NCBI GenBank assembly: GCA_963749085.1
Contig: CAVVLG010000002.1
Location: 370,085 to 434,084, forward strand
DNA: 64,000 nucleotides
Direction: 5' to 3'
Origin: Candidatus Adlerbacteria bacterium
GTDB taxonomy: Bacteria; Patescibacteriota; Minisyncoccia; Phycocordibacterales; SBAW01
Shown here: piece after piece, positions 39,774-48,900 of the stretch
Position numbering within the stretch: position 1 is the stretch's first letter
How the letters are laid out: every line of letters starts with the position of its first letter
The notes under the pieces: generated by a model
Told to the model about the DNA's origin: nothing
The model's database searches: none
What the model saw: only the letters and a program-made list of their open reading frames with translations
Position numbers and translations under genes: made by a program

Positions 39774-40523
39774 ATGAAAGTATACTCAAGCGAACTTGCT
39801 CACAACTACAACTCATATACGTTCGGATACGCCATCTACGGCGAGCTTGAAAAAGATGATCGGCTGGAGTCTCTGTATAATATGGGCTTTCTTCCTTATA
39901 CCGGCTCTCCTGAGGCTCCCCATACCTTGTACATGGCGCGTAGTATGCGGGTTCCGCTTTCGCTCTTTACGTTGAGCAGTGAAAATCGTCGCATCGCAAA
40001 AAAATTTGACGATCAGTTTACCAAACAACGTGTACCTATGGCGCGCTTCAATCCTGACGAAAATTTTTTTTCGTTCTGTCTCGATTATTTTGCTGGCAAA
40101 CATGGGGCACGCGCAATGCCACGCGAACGTCTCCAATTTATTCTCAAAAGTCCGTTCATCACTGATATGGTGCTATACCGACAGAAAGAGAAGTTGGTCG
40201 CGTGTGTGTTTGAGATACGCGATGGCGGTGCGGGACATTATTGGTTTTCTTTCTATGATCTCTCAATGGCACGGCAATCGTTGGGACTGTGGCTTATGCT
40301 CGATGGCGTGCGGGATGCTCAGACCGCAGGATTCAAACACTATTATCTCGGCACAGTGTATGGAGAAAAAGCCCTTTATAAGACTAATTTTGAGCCCTTA
40401 GAGTGGTGGGATGGTCAAGATTGGCAAAGCGATTCTGATCTCCTTCGTGAACGCGGACGTACTGACAATACTCGTATCGTCGAATTGATGGACGCGTGGA
40501 AACAGAACAAAAGATTATTTTAG
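39774..40523 (+). CDS. Aminoacyl-tRNA-dependent transferase-like GNAT (ATE1/Bpt-like)
   Basis: C-terminal FSFYD...SLG...YYLG...ALYKTNFEPLE resembles the ATE C-terminal domain. Confidence 0.65.
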   Translation: MKVYSSELAHNYNSYTFGYAIYGELEKDDRLESLYNMGFLPYTGSPEAPHTLYMARSMRVPLSLFTLSSENRRIAKKFDDQFTKQRVPMARFNPDENFFSFCLDYFAGKHGARAMPRERLQFILKSPFITDMVLYRQKEKLVACVFEIRDGGAGHYWFSFYDLSMARQSLGLWLMLDGVRDAQTAGFKHYYLGTVYGEKALYKTNFEPLEWWDGQDWQSDSDLLRERGRTDNTRIVELMDAWKQNKRLF

Positions 40524-40678
40524 TGGACGATTAGTGACACCGGACGAACTTTACAATTTTATAGCGACCCATGCCGAAACGATACAGGTATGGAACGACG
40601 CAGTAAAGGCCTTTCTTGCGGAGGAGCACGCACCGGAGACATTGGCAGTAAAGCTATAAACCAAGTAAAATAAAGGGT

Positions 40679-40969
40679 ATGGAGCTGCGTCGCAAAGACA
40701 ATCTGACCGACCTTGTGGGATCACTGCCAAAAGAGCCAGGAGGAAATGGGGACACGTCTCAAGAGGACCCAAAAAACCAAGAGGTCATCACCGAGGGCGG
40801 TGAGGTTGTTATTTTGGGGCACAAACGACCTCCTGCCCCTCCTATTAACAACAGGAGAAATTCACTTGAACTAACAGAGGGCGAGAGTTTAGCGGGCGCG
40901 GTACGTTCTGGGATGCGCGATGTGCTTGAGCGTTTTTTTGCTAACTACAAGCAAAACAAGGATAAATGA
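40679..40969 (+). CDS. Hypothetical protein
   Basis: 96-aa ORF; TAAAAT shortly upstream of the ATG. Confidence 0.5.
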   Translation: MELRRKDNLTDLVGSLPKEPGGNGDTSQEDPKNQEVITEGGEVVILGHKRPPAPPINNRRNSLELTEGESLAGAVRSGMRDVLERFFANYKQNKDK

Positions 40970-40987
40970 CCTTGAATAAACACGAAT

Positions 40988-41545
40988 ATGAAAAAGCCAC
41001 GAGAGGTAGAGGAAATGATAAAGCGAGCGATACGCGATGAACTTGCCTTGCACCCGCTCAAATCCGTAGCTCAAATCAGGGGTGCGCTGTGCAGGTATGG
41101 CTATCAAGCCGTACACGGGCCGCTCGACTGGCACTACATCAGCAAGCTGGTAAAGAAAGTGCGTCTTGAAAATCTGGCCTCCTTATTCCCGAAGGATAGA
41201 GCTGAACGCTTTGCCATGCTTAAAGAGCGACACCGGGCAATCACTGAAAAACTCATTCCAATAGTCGAGGGCGAGTATATGGCCACCTTCGACAAGATGG
41301 TGTACCCGACTCATGCAGAGCGCATCGCTGCGGCAAACGCGATACTCAAATGGGATCTCGCGCTTTTCTGTGCGGAGGAGCAAGTACAGGTACTCGAGCA
41401 GACGGAGAAGCGACAGAACGAGCCAATCAAGCTACATCCAATTGTGCTGGATCTACAACCTGGCACTCAAGCAGCGCGATATTCCACACTTTCGACACTG
41501 AAAAAAGAAGCTACTACTGTTCCGTTTCCTGCGGTTGCGGCGTAG
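40988..41545 (+). CDS. Hypothetical protein, possibly DNA-binding
   Basis: 185-aa helical, basic ORF. Confidence 0.6.
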   Translation: MKKPREVEEMIKRAIRDELALHPLKSVAQIRGALCRYGYQAVHGPLDWHYISKLVKKVRLENLASLFPKDRAERFAMLKERHRAITEKLIPIVEGEYMATFDKMVYPTHAERIAAANAILKWDLALFCAEEQVQVLEQTEKRQNEPIKLHPIVLDLQPGTQAARYSTLSTLKKEATTVPFPAVAA

Positions 41546-42314
41546 CCGCGGCTTTCGCTTTCTTTTGTGGTTTAAGCGAGAGGACTTTCTGAAGCACGGA
41601 GGCTTTCTCCTGGGGCCGCACATACACTTCGGTTAGCACTTCCTTGACAGTTTCAACGAGAAAATGAAACTCTCCTTGGGACCACGGTTCCCAATCGCCC
41701 TCATGTAGTTGTTCACTCGTCATTCCCTGTATATTGGCAAGCGCATCAAAATACTCTGGCGGCACCATCGGGTGTTTGTCCTTGAGCACTTTGACACGGT
41801 CGCCATAGTCAATCGTTTCTCCTTTTTCACCTGTTTTGGATATCTGTTCCAACTCAAGCAGCTCGTAGATAGCTTTTCGCAAACAGCCGGATGCGCCGAC
41901 CAAGTAATTCATTTTCGCACACCCCTCTGCCTCCGACACTAATTTCCGAACCTTCTCATTGATACGATTGTCGAGCGTAAAAAAAGTTGTTGGTTGATGG
42001 TAGAAGAAGAGAGCGTCCAAGTCCAAGTCCTTTACGTATATATGTCCATCATCCTGTGCCGCTGGTATTCTGGTGAATTTGTCGTTGTAAAGACTAATGT
42101 CGTGATCGGACAGATGCAATGAGACTTTTTGACAGGTGTCTCCACCGCACTGAACTTGGTAGCCATAGACCATTCGATCGTTCGACCAATTAAAACGGAG
42201 TTTACCCACCACTGAATAAGTGATGGACTTACGATTGCAAAACGGACAATTGTACTTATCACGGTCAACAAAGTACTTGAGATCGAGATGGGATTGATCG
42301 TAGTTTTCTCTCAT
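41514..42314 (-). CDS. DUF4145-like protein with N-terminal Zn-ribbon
   Basis: CPFC...C-x4-C; EAEGC...ASGCLRKAIYELL...SEQLH. Confidence 0.65.
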   Translation of the reverse strand: MRENYDQSHLDLKYFVDRDKYNCPFCNRKSITYSVVGKLRFNWSNDRMVYGYQVQCGGDTCQKVSLHLSDHDISLYNDKFTRIPAAQDDGHIYVKDLDLDALFFYHQPTTFFTLDNRINEKVRKLVSEAEGCAKMNYLVGASGCLRKAIYELLELEQISKTGEKGETIDYGDRVKVLKDKHPMVPPEYFDALANIQGMTSEQLHEGDWEPWSQGEFHFLVETVKEVLTEVYVRPQEKASVLQKVLSLKPQKKAKAAATPQPQETEQ

Positions 42315-42361
42315 TTGCCACTATTCTACGCGCAATCAGCTTGCAGGGAAAGCAACGCGGA

Positions 42362-42646
42362 CTAAGGAGTGTTTATCCAATTCCACGCCTCCCGCGGAAG
42401 CCACCCTTGGCTTTGGGTTGGATCCACTCGTATCACTACGAGGTGTCGGCCCGGAACGCCCGGGAACGTGGCGTTGTAAAGCTGATTTACATTCAATCTC
42501 GATTTTACCAAGTACATACCGCCGGGAAGATGATGCCACCAAGCATAGATGTAATTGGGATACAGAACAGTAGTGATGTAATTGTGAAAAGCCGTAGGGT
42601 TGAACGGCAGACTGGTATTCACCGCGATAAGGTAGATATTATCCAT
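42362..42646 (-). CDS. Small Cas2/VapD-like (ferredoxin-fold) protein
   Basis: YLI...WWHHL...YLV...LVVIRV...QGWLPREAWNWI pattern. Confidence 0.6.
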   Translation of the reverse strand: MDNIYLIAVNTSLPFNPTAFHNYITTVLYPNYIYAWWHHLPGGMYLVKSRLNVNQLYNATFPGVPGRHLVVIRVDPTQSQGWLPREAWNWINTP

Positions 42647-43064
42647 GGTCTTCTATTTGCCCCAGTGCGGTATCTGCTTCAGGTATTGGCGGGGGGTCAA
42701 CGCGGTCTTGTTCTTGAATTGGGTTATCCGGGTTCAAAACAGAGACGAGATCCCGTGGCGATGCCCGAAAGCCATGCGCTTGATCACCGAGCAACGTGAG
42801 CACTTGTTGTTGGATAACATGCTTCTCTGAGCGGAGCATATGAGGGCTTGTGAACATGAAAAACAAAAACGCACCAATCAGCGTTACAAGGACCAAACCA
42901 AACAAACAGATGACCAGTATCTGTGCGGTAGCGGATGAGACAAAAGCAATAACGGCTCCTCCGAAAAAAGCGGTTACAACAAGAGCAACGAGTAGAGGAT
43001 ACAGGGCGTTTGTCCTGCTAATTTGCGCAATAGCACCTTCGACATGTTGCCACAATTCACCCAT
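42639..43064 (-). CDS. 2-TM membrane protein
   Basis: Two TMs followed by PHMLRSE; overlaps the next gene by 8 nt. Confidence 0.65.
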   Translation of the reverse strand: MGELWQHVEGAIAQISRTNALYPLLVALVVTAFFGGAVIAFVSSATAQILVICLFGLVLVTLIGAFLFFMFTSPHMLRSEKHVIQQQVLTLLGDQAHGFRASPRDLVSVLNPDNPIQEQDRVDPPPIPEADTALGQIEDHG

Positions 43065-43094
43065 CGCGATGCCCATTGTACGCTGGCTATTTTA

Positions 43095-43133
43095 AAAGAA
43101 AAGAGCGCCCGCCGATCGAAACCGTGGGCGCCC
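43095..43133 (-). terminator. Intrinsic terminator
   Basis: Minus strand GGGCGCCC...GGGCGCTC followed by TTTTCTTTT. Confidence 0.65.
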
Positions 43134-43163
43134 GTAGTGTGTAGACAAACGCCGAAGCGTTGC

Positions 43164-44678
43164 TTACTTGATGTAGTAGTCGATGGTGAACCGCACCTGA
43201 TCCTTGTCTTCGTAGAGCACATTCATGCGAGCCGCGATACCCATCGTGGCACCCAGTTCAATGGTGCCGTAATAGGTGCCGGGAGCGCTTTCCGAAGCAA
43301 AGAAGGTGAAGTAATTGCCTCGCTGTGTCCCCTCTTGATTGGGGAACATTTTCCACGAGGTCGTGATGTCGGTCGCGAACGCCATCTGCGAGTTATTGGT
43401 GTTCTGGCCGAGATAGTAGAGAGTCTCGCCGTGGGGCAGCGTGACGGACTTCGACTTGGTGATCGTGAAGACCTCCTTGCCGGTGGTAGTTTCCGTAACG
43501 TAAGTCTGATAGGCCGCCGCGGCCGAGACATTCCATGAGTGCATCCAGTACCAGATACCGCCCACCGCGAGGCCGATAGCAAGGACGATCATGCCGCATA
43601 TGCGCAGAGCACGATTGCCTTCCTTCTTTGCTTCGCCGGTGTATACCTTTTGTCCACGGAAGAAGCCCGTTTCCTCGCTGCGGAGGTCATCGGAACTCCA
43701 TCCGTTCAGTGCATAAGCACCGAGGGCGACCGCAGGCGAGCCCTTGTAGGTGCTTGTCACGCGCTCAGTGTACTGCTCACTCTCCCGAACGACACGACGT
43801 CGGACGACTTCCTTCGTGATGTCGCCGGAGACGACGCGCAGTTCAGACCGGATCCATTCCGGCACGGTGCCGAGAAACTCGACAATCCGGCTGGGTATGC
43901 GTCCGGTGTAGTCACTGAGGCCATCGACTTTGGCACGCACAATATGATGATCGTGGCGCTCGACCGCTTCGGTGATTTTCACACGGCGACCTTCGACGGT
44001 CGAATACGTGGTCTGCTCGCCGAACGGAACGGTCAGGTCGACCGTGGTCTCGTTGCGGTTGGTCATCTCCACTTTCTCCGTCGCGTAAGGACGGAAATAG
44101 TAGTAGTGGCCAACCGTCGAGCCGGTGAAATGCACGATGCCAACGTATTCCTTTGCCACCAGCAAATCGAGCCAGAGACAGAAACGTTTCATCATGCTGT
44201 CGATGCCGGTGTCGACCTCCTGCTTAAGCTCCGCAAGGAGCTGGTCAGCGGGAAGTGCGGCACGTTCGGCGGGCAGATCAATGAGCGGAGCATCGGCGAG
44301 CGGCGGGATGTGCTCTTGTACGAAGCTCCACTGCTTCTTAACGTCTTCGTCCACCGAATAGCTGCCATTGTTCGTGCGTTTGATTGAGGCACGGACTGCG
44401 CCCTTCACCAGCCGCTGGAGATCATCCAGTCGGCCTTGAAAGAAAGCGACATCGATCCGGTAAGCGTCGAAGATAGTGTCGTGCTCGGCCCCGGACTTGA
44501 GTTCGAGAATAGCCGAAGCACTTCGCAAATAACCGACGAGGGGTTGGAACGTTTCCGGCACTTCCTGCACGAAACGCTCCTCGTCCTTCATGGTTGCGCC
44601 GAAGCTACGACCAAAAAGGGACAGCATCAGTTGGTTGGTGGTCATTGCACCACGTTCCGCCAGTCGCTGATTGCTCAC
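43164..44678 (-). CDS. Hypothetical single-pass membrane protein (504 aa)
   Basis: Long ORF with a TM near residues 360-380; AAGGAG 7 nt before the GTG. Confidence 0.7.
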   Translation of the reverse strand: MSNQRLAERGAMTTNQLMLSLFGRSFGATMKDEERFVQEVPETFQPLVGYLRSASAILELKSGAEHDTIFDAYRIDVAFFQGRLDDLQRLVKGAVRASIKRTNNGSYSVDEDVKKQWSFVQEHIPPLADAPLIDLPAERAALPADQLLAELKQEVDTGIDSMMKRFCLWLDLLVAKEYVGIVHFTGSTVGHYYYFRPYATEKVEMTNRNETTVDLTVPFGEQTTYSTVEGRRVKITEAVERHDHHIVRAKVDGLSDYTGRIPSRIVEFLGTVPEWIRSELRVVSGDITKEVVRRRVVRESEQYTERVTSTYKGSPAVALGAYALNGWSSDDLRSEETGFFRGQKVYTGEAKKEGNRALRICGMIVLAIGLAVGGIWYWMHSWNVSAAAAYQTYVTETTTGKEVFTITKSKSVTLPHGETLYYLGQNTNNSQMAFATDITTSWKMFPNQEGTQRGNYFTFFASESAPGTYYGTIELGATMGIAARMNVLYEDKDQVRFTIDYYIK

Positions 44679-44794
44679 GTGAGATCTCCTTTGTTGTAGT
44701 TACACCATTGACGTCAATGTACAGTACCAAGTCGTCCATGGCTGGTCTTGGTACAGTGGCAAGACGATAGCATAAAGTAAATAAACTGTAAAGG

Positions 44795-45460
44795 TCAGTA
44801 GTAATCCTCAACACTCACGGTCCATTGGTTGCCGGTGTTGATGGTGAGATAAAACTCACCGCTTTCGTAGCAGTACGAGGTCTCCGATCCATCACCGATA
44901 ATATTCGCCATCACGGTGCACGATGATGATTGATCATCAGTACGGCCCGGGAAAATCTGGAAGTTGTACTGGCCTGTTGTCTGCCAGTTTACCCGCCACT
45001 GCGTGCCTTGTATCGTGAACGGTGCGGTGGTTTCAGTACCAGTGCCATTGAGCGTAGCAACGGTATGCCATGACGCTGTTGGAGTAGGCGCGGGTGTTGG
45101 AGCAGGAGCCGGAGTCGGCGCAGGAGTTGCGGCAGTTGTAGCCGGTTTTTGAACTGGTGCTGCTGTTGTCTGCGCTTGTGGCGCACTGGGTGCCACGGGA
45201 GCCGGAGTTGCTGATGTATTCGAGGTATTCAGCGCTTGAGACGTTGTGGCCACTGGGGACGCCGATGTTACCACAGGTTGCAACGTTGGAGGCATAGTGA
45301 TGCCAAATAAAATAAAGGAAACTATTGCTGCGCCACCAAATACCCAAGCGGCCATTTTGCGTGAGCGCATTTTCAGCAACTGTGGATTAGCGAGACCAGC
45401 TATAAGACCCGCGAGCGAGAGGAGAAAGAGAACAATAAAAAAGTCACTCATAATTTCCAC
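44795..45460 (-). CDS. Membrane protein with Pro/Thr/Ala linker and C-terminal beta domain
   Basis: Two N-terminal TMs, PAPTPAPAPTPAPTP linker, GTGTETTAPFTI...WRVNW. Confidence 0.75.
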   Translation of the reverse strand: MEIMSDFFIVLFLLSLAGLIAGLANPQLLKMRSRKMAAWVFGGAAIVSFILFGITMPPTLQPVVTSASPVATTSQALNTSNTSATPAPVAPSAPQAQTTAAPVQKPATTAATPAPTPAPAPTPAPTPTASWHTVATLNGTGTETTAPFTIQGTQWRVNWQTTGQYNFQIFPGRTDDQSSSCTVMANIIGDGSETSYCYESGEFYLTINTGNQWTVSVEDYY

Positions 45461-45499
45461 GCTTAGTTGTTAATCAACTGGAGCGGGCACTTTTGTACC

Positions 45500-45675
45500 A
45501 AAAAGCCCACCACGTGAGTGAGGGCTTGCGCCCTCCGTATCGGTTTCCCGATACGGCCGGTAAAGACAAATCCCACGCGATGGGGTTTTTGGTCTTTACC
45601 GGTCCACCGACCATATCGTCCGGCAGTATGCCAAACGGGTTAGGTCGTTGCCCTCGCGGGCTATTCAGTTGTGGC
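45500..45675 (-). ncRNA. Putative structured leader/attenuator RNA
   Basis: Three GNRA-capped hairpins on the minus strand, an 11-bp perfect stem and overlapping terminator/antiterminator; TATCAT at 45679-45684. Confidence 0.55.
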
Positions 45676-45850
45676 TTCATGATATAGCAGGTCGCCATAT
45701 CCGCATAGGGTCAGGCGGAGCAAGTGCCCAGTAGCTTTTAGGGACCAATTCGCGCCACAGAGGACCCCAACAAGCCACAAGGGGTGCAAAACATGGGCGG
45801 GGTGTGGGTAGCTCCACTTCCCCGCCAGTATCCGATATAGTCATGTCTGT

Positions 45851-46558
45851 ATGGCTATGCCAGAGACACGAACGGAGTTGCTCGAGGTGTTAATCAAAAG
45901 CCTCCAGCCGGAGGAGAAAATTGAGGAGCAAAAAAGCTACCGTTACGTTATCTATGCCCGCAAATCAACCGATGATAAAGAAAAACAAGTACGCTCACTA
46001 TCCGACCAGATCGCCGAGTGCAGAGAATATGCCGAAAGAAATGGACTTAGGGTCGGGAAAGACGATGTAATTCAGGAGTCGGAAAGCGCAAAACAGGCTG
46101 ATACGCGCCCGAAATTCCGCATGATGCTCGAGACACTAAAGGCGGGCAAGTACGACGGCATCCTCGCATGGCACCCCGACCGCCTCGCGCGCAACATGAA
46201 AGACGCTGGAGAAATTATAGATCTGCTCGACAAACACATCATCAAAGCGCTCAGGTTCGTGAGTTTTTCCTTCGAAAATACGCCGAGTGGCAAGATGCTC
46301 CTCGGGATTACCTTCGTGTTGTCAAAACAATATAGCGATCAACTAAGTGAGAATGTGAGCCGTGGCAACAAGCGCAGTATCGAGGAGGGCAAATACGTCG
46401 GTCGGGCGAAACATGGTTATTATAAAGACCCCAGTGGCTATCTCCGCCAGTGGGCATGGGGAGACTCGAACTCCCAAGTCTTGCGACATACGCTTCTGAG
46501 ACGTACGCGTATACCAATTCCGCCACATGCCCGTGATCTTTACCTTACACCAAAATAG
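45851..46558 (+). pseudogene. Truncated large serine recombinase (catalytic domain only), read through into the tRNA antisense strand
   Basis: YARKS, ESESAK...RPKF, DRLARN, SENVSRG; homology stops at GYYKDPSGYLR (~46449), where the tRNA begins. Confidence 0.85.
46451..46532 (-). tRNA. tRNA-Leu(CAG)
   Basis: GGGCATG acceptor, D-arm GCGGAATTGGTATACGC, anticodon arm TACGT-CTCAGAA-GCGTA, long variable arm, GTTCGAG; CCA not encoded. Confidence 0.96.
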
Positions 46559-46694
46559 GTGATGCAGGACGAATGCCTTTAGCCGGTAGTTTCGGCATTG
46601 ACAGGTTTGACTAACTGCCCTGCATGTGGACAAGCTGTGGAAAAACTGGTGATAAAAGCTCGTTCACAGACTTTACATAAGACGTGTATATTAT

Positions 46695-46967
46695 GGCGGT
46701 GTACACCCGGTAGGTTCTGAGAAGCTGCGTTCTTCCTGCAGTTTCTGAAGTCGCGGGAGAGGAAGGGGCAGTCGGGTCCGTGACTGCATCTGGCGTATTG
46801 AGCCTACTCTGTTACGGGTGTACCTCGGCTGTCCCTTCCATTCAAACAGAGGGTTCCCGTTTGTACCGGCATCGTGTACACCTGTGCCGGTACTGCCAGG
46901 AGCCCGGATAGTCGGCATAGCGTACACCTATGTCCCCTTCCCTGGAACCCCAAGGTTACACGCTGCC
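46695..46967 (+). ncRNA. Putative ~273-nt multi-stem non-coding RNA
   Basis: At least six helices with plus-strand G-U pairs, 5'/3' closing stem, repeated GUACAC; TATATT just upstream. Confidence 0.6.
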
Positions 46968-48900
46968 GGTAGGCACCAACTTATACGTATCTTTTATGCG
47001 CACGATACGTCAACAGGATATCGTTTCTTTTCTTGCCGTCTTTATTTCCATACTGGTCGCGATCAAATTAAACCAGTACATCTTTTTTCATTTCAATACC
47101 AGCCCGGCGATCATTTTTCTGCCGACAGGTATCGCGCTGGCGGCGGTCTATCTGGGAGGCTATCGCATGTGGGTACCTATAGCCGCTGCATGGTTTCTTG
47201 GCTCGGTGACCAGTTTCTCGCACCCTACTCTCGTAGTGGATGCCGCGGCCACGGTCGGCTACACGCTTGAAGCGGTCATCGGCGGGTATGCACTTGCACG
47301 CCTGAAATTTGTAGGTGATCTGGCACGCACCCGTGACGCCTTTATACTCATCGCCGCTTCCTTGTTGCTTCCCGTCATCGCGCCAAGCATCACCGCGAGT
47401 GTACAGTGGCTGACCCATGCGCTCCCCAGCTCAGTGTGGGTGACGTGGAGCCGCGCGTGGGCCGGAGGCGCACTGAACATACTCGTGTTATTGCCGCTCA
47501 TCACCACCTGGTATAGAGATCGTACAACAAAAACTTTTAGAAAACTGCTTGAAATTACTCTGGCTCTCCTCGCCCTCGCGTTCGTTACCTATCTGGTCTT
47601 TTGGAGCCCGCTTGTGCAGGCTAATGGATTCATTGTGTTGTATGCGCTCTTTGCTATCTTGTTTTGGATAGGATTACGGATGCACCCCAGAATTATTACG
47701 ACTGCCGTGTTCCTAGTCATGCTGCTCAGCTTCGCCGGTAGCCTCATTGCCCGCCCCACCACAACAACGAAGCTTGATCAACAGCTGCTTTCCGATGAAT
47801 TGTTTATCGTTCTCATCGTCCCCATATTTTTAATTCTCGCCGCATTGGTGGAAGAGCGTCGGGTGAAAGAGCGGGAACTTGAAGAAGCGATCGATAAGCT
47901 TTCGCAGGAAGACCAGGCAAAAAATGAATTCCTGGCGACGCTTGCGCATGAGTTGCGCAACCCCCTGGCCCCGATAGTGAGTTCGCTTGAACTCATGAGA
48001 CTGGAGGCTCGGCAGTTGGCTCGACCTAATCTTATGCAGCTCATTGACGTCACCGACCGGTATAATGCGATGATTGTTCATTTACTTGATGATCTTTTGG
48101 ATATTTCCCGCATATCACACAGGAAGTTCAAGCTCCAAAAGGAAAGCTTGGAGTTGCGCCCAGTTGTCGAACACGCGGTACGGACGGTCGATGCTATGTA
48201 CAAAGCCAACAACCACACGCTCTCCGTATCAATGCCGGAGGAGACATTATGGATCGAGGCGGACCCCCTGCGGCTAAGGCAGATCCTTATCAATCTCCTC
48301 AACAATGCCGCAAAATATACCAACCCAGGAGGGAATATTGTATTAAGCGTCGTGTTTGACCCGGATCGTGGCTTGCGCATCAGTGTGAGAGATAACGGGG
48401 TGGGGATCGAACCGCACATGCTGAAGAAAATCTTCGAGCCGTTCGTGCAGTCGGATGAGAGCAGGTCGGGGCTCGGCATTGGACTTTCACTGACTAATCA
48501 TCTGGTGAACCTTCACGATGGCGTAGTGTGGGCGGAGAGCGAAGGATTGGGCAGAGGAAGCGATTTCATCGTAGTCTTGCCCGGCGCTGACAGAGTGCGG
48601 TTGCCACTTCGGGTAGCAACCCCAAAACGCCGCCGAAGAGAATTTCCTTTCATCGGAAAAAGGAGCCAACGAAAACGCTCTATTCTCATTGTTGATGACA
48701 ACAAAGCCGCGGCAGAGAGCCTCGGCAAACTGCTGGAGCACGGCAGTCATACCGTCGCGTTTGCCTATGACGGGTCGAGTGCGATTGCAAAAATGAAGAA
48801 TGCCGAAGCGGACGCGGTACTGCTCGACATTGAACTTCCTGATATGGACGGATATGAGGTCGCACGAAGTTTGCGGCAAGAACATGGTTACAATTCTCTA

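Larger units (their letters stand above)
40521..46453. mobile_element. Genomic island integrated at the 3' end of tRNA-Leu
   Basis: Serine recombinase abuts the tRNA; accessory hypothetical genes; short shared core AGTGG at 40522 and 46449. Confidence 0.6.

Noticed and set aside
42362-42646. CRISPR-Cas interpretation of the Cas2-like gene
   Set aside because: No cas1, effector or repeat-spacer array seen anywhere in the window
46695-46967. RNase P, tmRNA or SRP identity, or a coding role (ORFs 46691-46927 and 46818-47270)
   Set aside because: Conserved motifs (GAGGAAAGUCC, tRNA-like ends, SRP domain IV) are missing, and the ORFs look non-protein-like
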